From the IMG/VR virus record IMGVR_UViG_3300033142_000627, positions 13,280-77,279 of that record: a stretch of DNA of 64,000 nt; one strand, 5' to 3'. The notes below the pieces were generated by a model. That model was not told the DNA's origin, did not search any database, and worked only from the letters and a program-made list of their open reading frames with translations. This stretch comes from a virus. Taxonomy: Duplodnaviria > Heunggongvirae > Uroviricota > Caudoviricetes. Positions 1 to 9,020 of the stretch are shown here, piece after piece. Both the position numbers and the translations under genes were made by a program. The number at the start of each line of letters is the position of its first letter. The first letter of the stretch is position 1.

Positions 1-765
1 ATAGTATTAAGAATCGGCGGCGCTATAGCAGGAGGCCTCGCTGGTCTCGGTGAAGGAATTCTTGATGCTTTCGGAATTGACCCAAAAATACTATCAGACT
101 TTGGCAGACTGGCGGGTTCAGCGGTGTTTGATTTCTTCACTTCTGTTGGAGTATGGTTTGATGAAGCCATGGTAGATGTTGGTGTAGTATTTGCAAACTT
201 AATACCATCCATTGGAAAAGGATTAACAGATATCCTTAGTTGGGTTGGAGATAAATTCTCTTCAATAGGCGATGACATAATGGGATATATTAACCAGGCA
301 ATACCTTGGGTTAGTAATATAGCTGGTTTTATTGGAGATAAGTTAACCAAATCAATAATGTCTATTGTTGGATTAGTAACAAATGTTCTAACAAACATAT
401 CAACATTTATATCCTCAGCGATGGATAACGTTCTTGCTAGTATTTCTACAATGGTGATTAATCCAATTACTGATGCAACTGTGGGTGATTACTTTGATTT
501 CTTTGGTGACGCTGCAAAACGTGTAGAACAGGCCAACCTTGACAAACAAGTTGCTGCTTCTTCTAAACCTTCTACAGCTGCTGGAGTTTATTCGGCACAA
601 CAAGGTCTAAATGAAAAACAAACCCAAAAAATCCAACAAACAACAATATCAGCGCCGACTGTTACCACTACAAAGAACACAACTATTAAAACTCAAGTTC
701 CTTCTGCAACATCACCAGAACAGTCACACATTGGCAACCAGATGTTACAGGCTGCCGGCGCATAA
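1..765 (+). CDS. C-terminal part of a large hypothetical protein (5' end outside window); Gly/Ile/Val/Ser-rich and low-complexity, possibly a virion or tape-measure-like protein
   Basis: Frame 1 is open from nt 1 to the stop at 763-765. The gene converges on the gp32 gene at a shared hairpin terminator. No catalytic motif recognised. Confidence 0.4.
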   Translation: MVLRIGGAIAGGLAGLGEGILDAFGIDPKILSDFGRLAGSAVFDFFTSVGVWFDEAMVDVGVVFANLIPSIGKGLTDILSWVGDKFSSIGDDIMGYINQAIPWVSNIAGFIGDKLTKSIMSIVGLVTNVLTNISTFISSAMDNVLASISTMVINPITDATVGDYFDFFGDAAKRVEQANLDKQVAASSKPSTAAGVYSAQQGLNEKQTQKIQQTTISAPTVTTTKNTTIKTQVPSATSPEQSHIGNQMLQAAGA

Positions 766-790
766 AAAAAGGGACCCGAAGGTCCCTTTA
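764..790. terminator. Bidirectional rho-independent terminator
   Basis: A-run, GGGACC-CGAA-GGTCCC hairpin, then T-rich tract, lying between convergent genes. Confidence 0.8.
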
Positions 791-812
791 ATAACAACAC
801 TACAGGTATTGT

Positions 813-1760
813 TTAACTTTCTGCTAGACTCGCAAAGTAAGATAGTGCGTCATCATCGTCATCATTACTTGATGCTTCGACAACTGGCGTCTCCTTAGGT
901 TCGTCTGCTTTATCTTTCTTGCCACCAAAGACTGGCTTCTCAGCAATCTTATCTACTGGTGCTGGTTCGTCAAGAGACTCATCAACACTAGGTTTAGCGG
1001 CAGTTGTGTTACCTTCAACACGGTTAAAGTTCTTTTGTAGGTCATCCATTTCCTTGAACTTATCTGCCGCAATCAGGTCAGAAAGGGTGTATTCTTGTTT
1101 GTACACTTTCTCCATTTCTTTGTCAGTAGGCAACAGTTGTGATGGGTCTTCAAAAGAAGACGAATCATAGTTGGTTTGACGGTCGACCTTACGAATCTTC
1201 AACTTGAAGTTAGCACCATCCCAAAAATCGAATGGTTGAATTGCTGTTTCGTCTTTGAACTCTGGAGCAGCTGCTGATTGCAACTTGTCCATAATCTTCT
1301 TACCATACTTGAATAAGAAGACCTTTCCTTCGTTCTCAGGTGTCTCAGGGTCGCTTACCACGTAAATGTTAGAGTAGTAGTTCATCTTACGCTTACGATT
1401 GCGGATAACGCCGTCCTTAACGTCCTTTGGTGTAGATTCCCAACCACCATGAGATTCTACAATCTCGCGGTTAGCTGCACACACAGGACAGTCATTGTTT
1501 AATGTAGTAGGACAGTTCTCAAAGTACCATTTACCGGTGCCACCTTTGAAACCATGCGCGTACATCTGTACAAATGGTAGTTCATCGTTCTCACTTGCTG
1601 GAAGGAAACGAATTACTGCATATCCATTACCGACATCATCTGTCTTTGGATACCATACACGTTCATCATCGTAGTTTTTACTGCCGCCTGACGCTTCATT
1701 TAGTTTTGATGATAGGTCATCGAAGGACATACGGTTTTTCTTCATGCTTGCAAAAGTCAT
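813..1760 (-). CDS. 32: Single-stranded DNA-binding protein gp32
   Basis: GNGYAVIRFLP and FENCP...CPVC zinc-binding core match T4 gp32. Acidic DDDDD C-terminal tail. Strong AGGAG SD 10 nt upstream of the ATG. Confidence 0.95.
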   Translation of the reverse strand: MTFASMKKNRMSFDDLSSKLNEASGGSKNYDDERVWYPKTDDVGNGYAVIRFLPASENDELPFVQMYAHGFKGGTGKWYFENCPTTLNNDCPVCAANREIVESHGGWESTPKDVKDGVIRNRKRKMNYYSNIYVVSDPETPENEGKVFLFKYGKKIMDKLQSAAAPEFKDETAIQPFDFWDGANFKLKIRKVDRQTNYDSSSFEDPSQLLPTDKEMEKVYKQEYTLSDLIAADKFKEMDDLQKNFNRVEGNTTAAKPSVDESLDEPAPVDKIAEKPVFGGKKDKADEPKETPVVEASSNDDDDDALSYFASLAES

Positions 1761-1839
1761 GTTTTTCTCCTAATTGTTGGCTTGCGGGATTCACCCTAGC
1801 GCCTAGTTAATTGTATTGCAGGACTTGCTCCTACAGTGG

Positions 1840-1846
1840 TATTTAT
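1840..1846 (-). promoter_or_regulatory. Possible T4-type late promoter core (ATAAATA) upstream of gene 32, inside the 3' end of gene 59
   Basis: Plus-strand TATTTAT is the reverse complement of ATAAATA, about 80 nt upstream of the gp32 start. T4 gene 32 has promoters inside gene 59. Confidence 0.25.
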
Positions 1847-2463
1847 CCTTTCTGGATATAAATTTCCTTCATAATATGCTTGAATTTCTCAACGTCCACA
1901 TACTTAAAGAAGTAATTATATTTTCTCATCCTTAAAGAAAAATCATTCCAAATATGATTGTGGTCTGATTGGTATATTTTATCAAATCCGGCAGAAAAGT
2001 GCAAGACTTTTTCCATAATAACGTATGTTTCAAAATGAACCTTCTTTTCCATCACTAATCTTGCAATGATAGGAAACTTGTGTTCATCTGTCTTGAATAG
2101 GTCATTAAAAGAAAGGTCCTTTGATTCCATGAACGCGAGAATGTTTTTGCTATCATCCCTAAAGATATAACTCAAACTCTCCATACGACCTTTCCAACGG
2201 TTGTAGGTGGAAACCGATAACTCAAGGTTATCCACCATATCGATGATGTACTTCTCACCTTCAACCATATTCGCAACAAAGAAAGATTTAATCTCCTTTG
2301 ATTTGAATTTTCTGCCTATATACTCAAAAAACTTACGGTCGTTTCTATTGTTATAATTATCTGGAGTAAATTTTACGCTAGCATACTTTGTGGCGTCAAA
2401 CTGGTCTTGTGTGAAGTGTAACTTTACAGATATGTATTGTTTACATACTTCATATCCATTCAT
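1843..2463 (-). CDS. 59: gp59-like helicase loading protein
   Basis: 206 aa and basic/aromatic-rich. Sits immediately upstream of gene 32 as in T4. Loose similarity to T4 gp59 (217 aa). Confidence 0.55.
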   Translation of the reverse strand: MNGYEVCKQYISVKLHFTQDQFDATKYASVKFTPDNYNNRNDRKFFEYIGRKFKSKEIKSFFVANMVEGEKYIIDMVDNLELSVSTYNRWKGRMESLSYIFRDDSKNILAFMESKDLSFNDLFKTDEHKFPIIARLVMEKKVHFETYVIMEKVLHFSAGFDKIYQSDHNHIWNDFSLRMRKYNYFFKYVDVEKFKHIMKEIYIQKG

Positions 2464-2709
2464 CTAAAACAGAGATTCGGGCAACTCGTTATCTTTCATC
2501 ATCCTTAAAGAACGTGCTTCGTACATAATCTTGTTCTTAACATTATCATCTAAGGCACCTTTCAAAGAATCCATCTCAACGCCTTCTTTGTCACAGATAT
2601 CGATAACAGCATCCATGTAGGTCGTTTTGTTCTTCAACACATACTTCTCTACCTCGATAGAGAAATTAGGTGCTATGATGTGTTCGTTGTTTTCAATTTC
2701 TTCTTTCAT
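2464..2709 (-). CDS. Hypothetical 81-aa protein in the gp33/DsbA-equivalent position
   Basis: ORF abutting gene 59 and ending in acidic ...NELPESLF. Identity not established. Confidence 0.45.
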   Translation of the reverse strand: MKEEIENNEHIIAPNFSIEVEKYVLKNKTTYMDAVIDICDKEGVEMDSLKGALDDNVKNKIMYEARSLRMMKDNELPESLF

Positions 2710-2719
2710 GATATTCTCC

Positions 2720-3685
2720 CTACCAAGGCAAATCGGTCATCAAAACTGATAACGTTTCTTTGTTGTATTTAAGTATCTCTTGAGGTGTAGTACCTTTAAC
2801 GAAAGATATACCACCTGCGGCCGCATGGCCACCAGCGCTGACAATCATATCATTGTTGTTCTCTTGAGAACGTAGGATATCATTCACATTGATGGTTGGT
2901 CTATTCTTAACTCTAACAGACTGTTTGTATTCATCATTGATTGAATCATGCATTATAATGAACAGCACTTCCATTTCAGGATGCACCAAACCAACCCAGT
3001 TCAGTTGTGAACCATCAGATACCATAATGGTCATACAAGTATCACCATGTTCCTCTAATGGCACCTCTTCAAGTTGTTCTCTGATAGAAAATTCTTGTTG
3101 TTCAAGGAATTCTGACTCCTCGGCCGAAAATCCTTCAAATCCATCAACAAATTTCTTCTCAAAGTCCCAGAACGAATATCTCCAGAATAGTTGATTCAGT
3201 TTGAATGCCTTGGTGAATAGTTTGTGTTCTTGTCTCCACACATCATAGACATCACACAACATGGCCAGTTCTGCCTCTTCCATTGAAGGTGTTGAATCGT
3301 GTTGAAGCTTCAGATACTTGATGTACTCTTTGAACATAATGCCAGTGGCACTCATTTCCTTTGTCCAAATACATTGTTTCATATTGGGATGGTCTTTGAA
3401 TTTCTCTACAACTTCATCTGAACCGTCATGGTGGTCATAGAAAAACACATTGTCGAAGTTATCAACAACTACTTGCATCTGTTCTACGGTAAAGTTTAAG
3501 TCTGTGATGACAATAGAATCGAATCCTTTGTCAATCATATGTTGAACATTCTGGTCGATTTTGCCATAACCAGAACATTTGTTATAGATGGTTTCTTGTC
3601 CTGATATAGGACCGAAAATCTTGTCTGCGAATATCTTACTGCCTACTCCGTCTAAATCGAAGTGAGTCATACTACATAATTTCAT
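2720..3685 (-). CDS. DHH/DHHA1 family phosphoesterase (NrnA/nanoRNase-like)
   Basis: Ordered motifs: DLDG, ITD, DHHDGS (DHH) and GGHAAAGG (the GGGH-type DHHA1 motif). Confidence 0.75.
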   Translation of the reverse strand: MKLCSMTHFDLDGVGSKIFADKIFGPISGQETIYNKCSGYGKIDQNVQHMIDKGFDSIVITDLNFTVEQMQVVVDNFDNVFFYDHHDGSDEVVEKFKDHPNMKQCIWTKEMSATGIMFKEYIKYLKLQHDSTPSMEEAELAMLCDVYDVWRQEHKLFTKAFKLNQLFWRYSFWDFEKKFVDGFEGFSAEESEFLEQQEFSIREQLEEVPLEEHGDTCMTIMVSDGSQLNWVGLVHPEMEVLFIIMHDSINDEYKQSVRVKNRPTINVNDILRSQENNNDMIVSAGGHAAAGGISFVKGTTPQEILKYNKETLSVLMTDLPW

Positions 3686-3712
3686 AATTTCTCCAAATTT
3701 TTAACCATTGTA

Positions 3713-3874
3713 CTACTTGTCGTTGGTAATGTCAATATCTTTGAAGTGAAACATATCTTTATACCACTCTTTCCAAGAACAATATACATATTTGCCACAT
3801 TCGTATAACATCACCACAGCAGTAGCGTAGGCGATAACCAACAGAACTACCACAGTGAACATAGTAATAGACAT
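3713..3874 (-). CDS. Small membrane protein (53 aa, one TM helix)
   Basis: Hand-translated ORF MSITMFTVVVLLVIAYATAVV.... Its start overlaps the upstream stop by TAATG. Confidence 0.4.
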   Translation of the reverse strand: MSITMFTVVVLLVIAYATAVVMLYECGKYVYCSWKEWYKDMFHFKDIDITNDK

Positions 3875-4257
3875 TATTCTTCCTCGGTATCAACCACAAC
3901 TACAGGCCAAGGAGACAGAGTTTCCATAAGAATCTCTGTTTTCTCTTCTATAGAATTCTTTTCACAAGATGTTAAACCATGGTTTCCTGTTTCGATGTGT
4001 TTAACTTCAACAACATTAAGGAATTCATAGTGGGTTGTTATCGTTACTGTGAAGTCATCCTTTTTCCAATCTTTGCCGGTAGTTTTTGCTTTCTTGGTGA
4101 CTCCATATTTGCCTCGGCCAACTTTATATGTTTCCCAGAATTCTCCAGGAATAATATATCCGTTGGTCTTGGCAATCGTCTTGATTTCTCCCCTGCTGTA
4201 TTGCACACCAGGAGAGAATAGACGTATGAACTCATGTAGAGGATGTTTCTTTGCCAT
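3874..4257 (-). CDS. Hypothetical protein (127 aa)
   Basis: Co-directional, tightly packed ORF. No motif recognised. Confidence 0.5.
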   Translation of the reverse strand: MAKKHPLHEFIRLFSPGVQYSRGEIKTIAKTNGYIIPGEFWETYKVGRGKYGVTKKAKTTGKDWKKDDFTVTITTHYEFLNVVEVKHIETGNHGLTSCEKNSIEEKTEILMETLSPWPVVVVDTEEE

Positions 4258-4445
4258 TACTTCAAAGGTTCCGTTTTGTGATAATCTACATGACTCTCAT
4301 AATACCAGATATGTTCCAGAGGATAATTTCTTGTTCGGCCACTGTCAAATATAACGACAAGTGTTGGACCTTCAAGAGCATATCCACTGACATTCTCTAA
4401 TATCATTTTGCAAAGATTATCTTTTGGACTTAGTATTAACTTCAT
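4257..4445 (-). CDS. Hypothetical protein (62 aa)
   Basis: Start-stop overlap with the neighbouring gene. No motif. Confidence 0.35.
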   Translation of the reverse strand: MKLILSPKDNLCKMILENVSGYALEGPTLVVIFDSGRTRNYPLEHIWYYESHVDYHKTEPLK

Positions 4446-4448
4446 AAT

Positions 4449-4658
4449 TTAATCCTTAAAAGGTTTAACTTCTAAACCAACAATTTCGTATGTTCCTGGC
4501 AAAGCGTCAAAGTAATGATGAAATTTTAAACCAAGAACTTCCCACCTTTCACAAAGAGGTTCGATTATATCTCCGACTTCCGGAATTTTATCGTCATAGA
4601 TATTTCTTCCGTGGTCTATATAATTTTCATCAATGAAATAGTGGTAGTTTCTGTTCAT
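4449..4658 (-). CDS. Hypothetical protein (69 aa)
   Basis: Packed ORF. No motif. Confidence 0.4.
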   Translation of the reverse strand: MNRNYHYFIDENYIDHGRNIYDDKIPEVGDIIEPLCERWEVLGLKFHHYFDALPGTYEIVGLEVKPFKD

Positions 4659-4909
4659 TACAGTTCGACAGTGTTACTTGGGTTCTGATAAGAAGCTTTC
4701 AACTTATGATACATTGCACGACCACACATTGGGTCTAGTTCACAGGACTTGCCTGGTTTTACCTTGATGTATCTGTCCATATCAGGAGACTCTCCTGGAA
4801 TCCTCATAAACTCAGGTGGATTCCAAGGCATGAATAGTTTCTCTGATGCGTCTGCATTGAAAAGTTCTTTTGTTGCCTTGCGTAAGGCTTTTGCTTTTTT
4901 TCCATTCAT
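4658..4909 (-). CDS. Hypothetical protein (83 aa)
   Basis: ATGA-type overlap with the downstream ORF. Confidence 0.4.
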   Translation of the reverse strand: MNGKKAKALRKATKELFNADASEKLFMPWNPPEFMRIPGESPDMDRYIKVKPGKSCELDPMCGRAMYHKLKASYQNPSNTVEL

Positions 4910-4921
4910 AGATAGTTTACC

Positions 4922-5215
4922 TTATTCTGATGCAGGGAAGATTGTTTCGTAAAGAGTCTCAAGGTCTTCATTCTGACCAAAAGTAACATCTTTGTTCTGC
5001 TTGTGATAGATACGAGCAATCTTGTTAATCATTGCTTTTGTAATACCATTAGACTTATAACCAAGTGCGATATCTTCAACGATAGTCTTAATCTGTTCTT
5101 TCTGGCCGTCGATATGGGTTAAGGCGACACTAATCTCCTTAACTGCGCCCATAATCTCCTTGCGAGATTTGTCGTCTGATGGTAATACGATTGATGTTGG
5201 TACTGTTGTTGCCAT
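4922..5215 (-). CDS. Hypothetical protein (97 aa)
   Basis: Packed ORF. No motif. Confidence 0.45.
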   Translation of the reverse strand: MATTVPTSIVLPSDDKSRKEIMGAVKEISVALTHIDGQKEQIKTIVEDIALGYKSNGITKAMINKIARIYHKQNKDVTFGQNEDLETLYETIFPASE

Positions 5216-5279
5216 GGTTGTTCTCCATAATATAGTTCAAGTGTCCATTATAGGACACCAAGGTTTACCTGTCAAGACA

Positions 5280-5561
5280 TTAGTGAAATGTCTCTGAGAT
5301 TTTAGTTATTTCGAATGTTTCAAAGTTATCGCCTGGATTCCAATAATCATTTAACTCGTTTATAGTAAGTGATAGTGTATTTGGTATACCTTCTATATCT
5401 TTCTTCACCCAAGCAAATGGTATAACATTAACTTTATCTAATGAAGCATCTTTCCATACTTCAAGAAATTCGCTGCCTTCTTTTATATACACACCTGTTT
5501 TTATAGGGATTTCTCCCTCTTTGTATGTTATAACAGGTATATGGGATAGGTCAAAGATCAA
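5280..5561 (-). CDS. Hypothetical protein (93 aa)
   Basis: Packed ORF. No motif. Confidence 0.45.
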   Translation of the reverse strand: MIFDLSHIPVITYKEGEIPIKTGVYIKEGSEFLEVWKDASLDKVNVIPFAWVKKDIEGIPNTLSLTINELNDYWNPGDNFETFEITKISETFH

Positions 5562-5917
5562 CTTAGTAGAATCTCTGATGAACCTGTCTTGATGCCGCCA
5601 TGATTAGGCGTCAAGATTTTACCTTCTTCTTTGCCAAACTTGTCTTCCATCATCTTGATCATGCCATCTGTAGGTTTGCCAGCGGTCACAACAAGTCGTT
5701 TGTTAATAGCAAGCACCTGTTCAAAGTCGCCTAACGCGAGAATTGGTGATAGAGACATAACCTTTTCTCTATTCGATGGCATACCATTAGCGGCGTTGAG
5801 GGATACATCTTCGTGTACCGAAACGCAATGTCTAACTGCGTAGACCTCATCTGTGTCTTCTACCAATTCAGCAAGGTACTCTTCGCCTGAAATTAGTTTG
5901 ATATCAATAATATCCAT
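5558..5917 (-). CDS. Hypothetical protein (119 aa)
   Basis: Overlaps the downstream ORF by 4 nt. Confidence 0.45.
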   Translation of the reverse strand: MDIIDIKLISGEEYLAELVEDTDEVYAVRHCVSVHEDVSLNAANGMPSNREKVMSLSPILALGDFEQVLAINKRLVVTAGKPTDGMIKMMEDKFGKEEGKILTPNHGGIKTGSSEILLS

Positions 5918-6255
5918 TATTTCTCCTGTTTTAGTTTTTCAAAACCTTCATCAATTAAGATTTGGGTCAAAGTGGTATCGTCAAGTATTACTTCTCCAAT
6001 CCAGCGACCATATTTGCCGGTCTTGTGGGAAATAACAATGATTCGTTTGTTTAGTATTAGTTCTGAGACTCTATCTTTTGCCAAGAGTCCGTGGGTTCTT
6101 TCTTCTTCTGATTTAGGACGGAAGATTTCTGATGTGTCGATTCCGGCCAATCTAAATTTGACATCTACCGAGACTGTGAATCCTAAATCTACCGATGCGT
6201 AGAATGTGTCGCCGTCAACAACTCTGTAAACGTCAGCTTTATATTTGTATTCCAT
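5917..6255 (-). CDS. Staphylococcal-nuclease (SNase/thermonuclease)-like protein
   Basis: VVDGDTFY...FRLAGIDTSE and GRWIGEV resemble the SNc motifs DGDT and R..GIDxPE. Confidence 0.55.
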   Translation of the reverse strand: MEYKYKADVYRVVDGDTFYASVDLGFTVSVDVKFRLAGIDTSEIFRPKSEEERTHGLLAKDRVSELILNKRIIVISHKTGKYGRWIGEVILDDTTLTQILIDEGFEKLKQEK

Positions 6256-6560
6256 TATGATACCTTGTGTGCGTAGTGTTCTATATTTATGTTGGCACCT
6301 ATCTCGTAGGTTTCTAATTTTGAGTTGTTGTCATAGACGAAGATTTTCATAGTATTGTTCACAAGATGAAACTCTCCGGAGTTAGCAAATTTAATCGCAG
6401 CGCAATAGTGATTCACCGCCCATTGTTTATATCCATCTCCGGCCTCATCCATTATATCAAATTCACGACAGTCGCAGTCTTGTGGTTCTCTATTTACGCC
6501 TGGTACATTATCAATCCAATGTTTGTCGCATTTGTTACATTTCCACATATCAATTACCAA
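6255..6560 (-). CDS. Hypothetical Cys-rich protein (101 aa)
   Basis: CNKCDKHW...CDC pattern suggests metal binding. Confidence 0.45.
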   Translation of the reverse strand: MVIDMWKCNKCDKHWIDNVPGVNREPQDCDCREFDIMDEAGDGYKQWAVNHYCAAIKFANSGEFHLVNNTMKIFVYDNNSKLETYEIGANINIEHYAHKVS

Positions 6561-6850
6561 ACGTTAGGCAAGCCAGCGATGATTAGGTCTTCACCAAGTA
6601 AAGGTGCTAATTTATTCTGTGCTTCATTGATATAACCAATCAATTTGCCGGCCTCGGAAATTGGTGTGTCTGGTATTGTCAAACCAATAAACCACTCCAT
6701 AGGTTCAGAATCGTAATAAGGAGATGCTGTACTCAGTTCATTATCTTCAACAAACTTCCATAATTCATCACCTGTCTCCAATTCAAGTTTTTCAGCAACA
6801 TCTTCAACCCATGCACCAACCATCATTTTACCATCAATATCAATACCCAT
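6554..6850 (-). CDS. Hypothetical acidic protein (98 aa)
   Basis: Packed ORF. Confidence 0.45.
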   Translation of the reverse strand: MGIDIDGKMMVGAWVEDVAEKLELETGDELWKFVEDNELSTASPYYDSEPMEWFIGLTIPDTPISEAGKLIGYINEAQNKLAPLLGEDLIIAGLPNVW

Positions 6851-6859
6851 AATAAACTC

Positions 6860-7252
6860 CTATAGTTTAACGAAACTAACCGACTCAGAATAATAACCAT
6901 TAGATTCTCCGTACCAACGAATGGTAACAGAACCTTTAAAGGTGCTCAATTTGTAGAATGTCCAAGTGAACGACTCTTGCCAATCTCTTGAGTATCCTTC
7001 TGGATTCTCATTGCTGGTAACTTCCTCAGCAAGAAGAATTGGCGTATCTACCAGATCACTAAAATCACCGCAGATATCCTCCACAGTGACAGACTCACAA
7101 CAATCTTGCGAGTGATACAGTTTATATCGATTTCCTTCAAGAGTGAGAAATGTGATTTCATCTCGCCCATCGTTAACCTGAATGTCTGTTAATATTACAC
7201 CTTTCAATGTCTCAAAAGGAACTGTTGAATCATAATAATCGTACATAATCAA
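6860..7252 (-). CDS. Hypothetical protein (130 aa)
   Basis: Packed ORF. Confidence 0.45.
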   Translation of the reverse strand: MIMYDYYDSTVPFETLKGVILTDIQVNDGRDEITFLTLEGNRYKLYHSQDCCESVTVEDICGDFSDLVDTPILLAEEVTSNENPEGYSRDWQESFTWTFYKLSTFKGSVTIRWYGESNGYYSESVSFVKL

Positions 7253-7605
7253 TCCTGTAATTTGTGTTTCTTTCTGCGAGTGTATTTGGTCTTGTCTCGT
7301 TCTACGCGCATCCTAAACAATGGCGTCCAAACCAAGTTCTTGCCCTTTTTTATTCGTTTCTTTTTCATCGCTCTCATTTTCCCAGACATATATTCTTCAT
7401 TGCTCACATAAGCGAGATAGATTAATGTTCTACTTCCCTTCGGAATCATCATCGGTCCCCATAGAAAAACAAAGAATGAAAATAACAGGCTTCGTAAAAA
7501 GAAACCCACAATGGTGTTTGCTTCTGGATTATAGGGACGGTGTGTTCTGTATGACACGTAGTTGGTTAACCCAACAGCCAGATAACACATAATAAAGATA
7601 GTCAT
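7249..7605 (-). CDS. Membrane protein (118 aa, two TM helices, basic C-terminus)
   Basis: Hydrophobic N-terminal segments. It is the first gene downstream of promoter cassette 1. Confidence 0.5.
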   Translation of the reverse strand: MTIFIMCYLAVGLTNYVSYRTHRPYNPEANTIVGFFLRSLLFSFFVFLWGPMMIPKGSRTLIYLAYVSNEEYMSGKMRAMKKKRIKKGKNLVWTPLFRMRVERDKTKYTRRKKHKLQD

Positions 7606-7638
7606 TCAATTACCTGTGAATATTTATACATAAGTGTA

Positions 7639-7670
7639 CCATTATACAGGTACCGGTGGGAAAATCAAGC
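7639..7670 (-). promoter_or_regulatory. Early sigma70-type promoter cassette 1 (minus strand TTGATT-16-TATAAT)
   Basis: Plus-strand ccATTATAcagg at 7639-7650 is the reverse complement of the -10 box; aatcaa at 7663-7668 gives the -35. Sits 34 nt upstream of the ORF start at 7605. Confidence 0.6.
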
Positions 7671-7671
7671 G

Positions 7672-7863
7672 TTATTCAGTCTCTTCCTCTGCATCACACG
7701 CCTCTAGGAACGCTTTCCATCGTTCAACCTCGCGGTTGTCAATATCTTTGTGTTCAAACACACCACACTCAATACAAGTAGCAAGGAACTGTTCATCCGA
7801 GATAGAATCGAAGTGTTCATCAATCAATCGTAGTGATTTTTCGTGTATATCTTCTTTACTCAT
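7672..7863 (-). CDS. Hypothetical protein (63 aa)
   Basis: Packed ORF. Confidence 0.35.
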   Translation of the reverse strand: MSKEDIHEKSLRLIDEHFDSISDEQFLATCIECGVFEHKDIDNREVERWKAFLEACDAEEETE

Positions 7864-8045
7864 ACAAATATGTCAACTCGTTTATAGATTGGTTCGGTGC
7901 CAGAAACCCGTTTATTTGGGTTCTTAGGACGATATTCATCAAGTTCAATTGGTGTGAAGTCTCCAGACTTGAACTCTATATATCTATTTAGTTCGAATAT
8001 TCTGGTTGTGTCGATTACATTATTGGTAGATGAAACTGTGGCCAT
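7860..8045 (-). CDS. Hypothetical protein (61 aa)
   Basis: Packed ORF. Confidence 0.35.
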   Translation of the reverse strand: MATVSSTNNVIDTTRIFELNRYIEFKSGDFTPIELDEYRPKNPNKRVSGTEPIYKRVDIFV

Positions 8046-8213
8046 TTGTGTTTCTCACTCTCTTGTATTTGATGCCTTTCCAACCTTTGCAAGGTGTTAT
8101 CTTACCTATCTTCACATCTGGTCCTGTACGGTAATCGTATTTGTCACATAGACCTCCACGAAACCTAGCACCAAGATGTTGATAGTATTTACAGCTGCCG
8201 CAGGATTTACTCA
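8020..8213 (-). CDS. Small Cys-rich protein (about 63 aa; start revised to MSKSCGSCKYY)
   Basis: As listed the ORF overlaps its upstream neighbour by 160 nt. The internal ATG at 8213 gives an ATGA overlap with the stop of 8207-8614. Confidence 0.4.
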
Positions 8214-8614
8214 TCGTTTTCTCTGTAGTAATATTCCCAGTCAAGATCGGCCGTTTGTATTTGTATAGATGTTCCCTCAATATCAGGAATGTCGTGTTTC
8301 TTTCTATTACAAATAACGATACCTTCGCCAACAATTCGCCACTGTTTACTAGGTCTATCACTCTCAATCAATCGATATTTGCACATCAATGGTTTAACAC
8401 ACTCGAATACATTTTTGATAACTTCATTTCTGAATTCAATGTTACTTTCGTGAACCCATATCTTGAAAAACCATCCTTTGTGTTCAATCCATAGATGAAT
8501 ATCTTCGTTGTGTGGAGTGGTCTCTAATTTCCATTTTCCTGTCGGCTTAAGAGGTTTCCAGTCATAACCATAATCAACATCAATTTTTCTGTAGGCTATT
8601 TGATTGATTTTCAT
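8207..8614 (-). CDS. Hypothetical protein (135 aa)
   Basis: Packed ORF. Confidence 0.5.
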   Translation of the reverse strand: MKINQIAYRKIDVDYGYDWKPLKPTGKWKLETTPHNEDIHLWIEHKGWFFKIWVHESNIEFRNEVIKNVFECVKPLMCKYRLIESDRPSKQWRIVGEGIVICNRKKHDIPDIEGTSIQIQTADLDWEYYYRENDE

Positions 8615-8997
8615 TCTACAATCTCTTCTTTAGCCTCTTTTATCTCGCGTACATTTGTTACAAGGGCATTATATCCAAGTATGTGTAACAAGAAGAAGAA
8701 TCCAGTTATAGGATATCCAACATAGGCAAGATAAACAACAATTACAATATCTACAACCACATCAACCCATATCGGCATTGAACGTTGATTGAGAATATCA
8801 TCAACATTCTTTTCCTTCTTTGATACTTCCTTGGCGAAACCCTGTGAGAATCCGAATAGGCCTATAATAATTGTGACCCAGATTGCCATGATTCCTAATA
8901 CTTCAAATCCTCCGATATCAAAGTATATACCCGCCGTAATCAATACTGGACCAAATGCGTTATATGCTGCCCATCTAAGTTTCTTAATAATCTTCAT
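8611..8997 (-). CDS. Integral membrane protein (128 aa, 3-4 TM helices)
   Basis: Long hydrophobic segments. Confidence 0.5.
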   Translation of the reverse strand: MKIIKKLRWAAYNAFGPVLITAGIYFDIGGFEVLGIMAIWVTIIIGLFGFSQGFAKEVSKKEKNVDDILNQRSMPIWVDVVVDIVIVVYLAYVGYPITGFFFLLHILGYNALVTNVREIKEAKEEIVE

Positions 8998-9020
8998 AGT
9001 AATTTCAAGTTTCCTGTGGT

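Noticed and set aside
8020-8367. 115-aa version of the Cys-rich ORF
   Set aside because: The long form overlaps the upstream gene by 160 nt. The internal ATG at 8213 gives a clean ATGA junction, so I prefer the 63-aa form.
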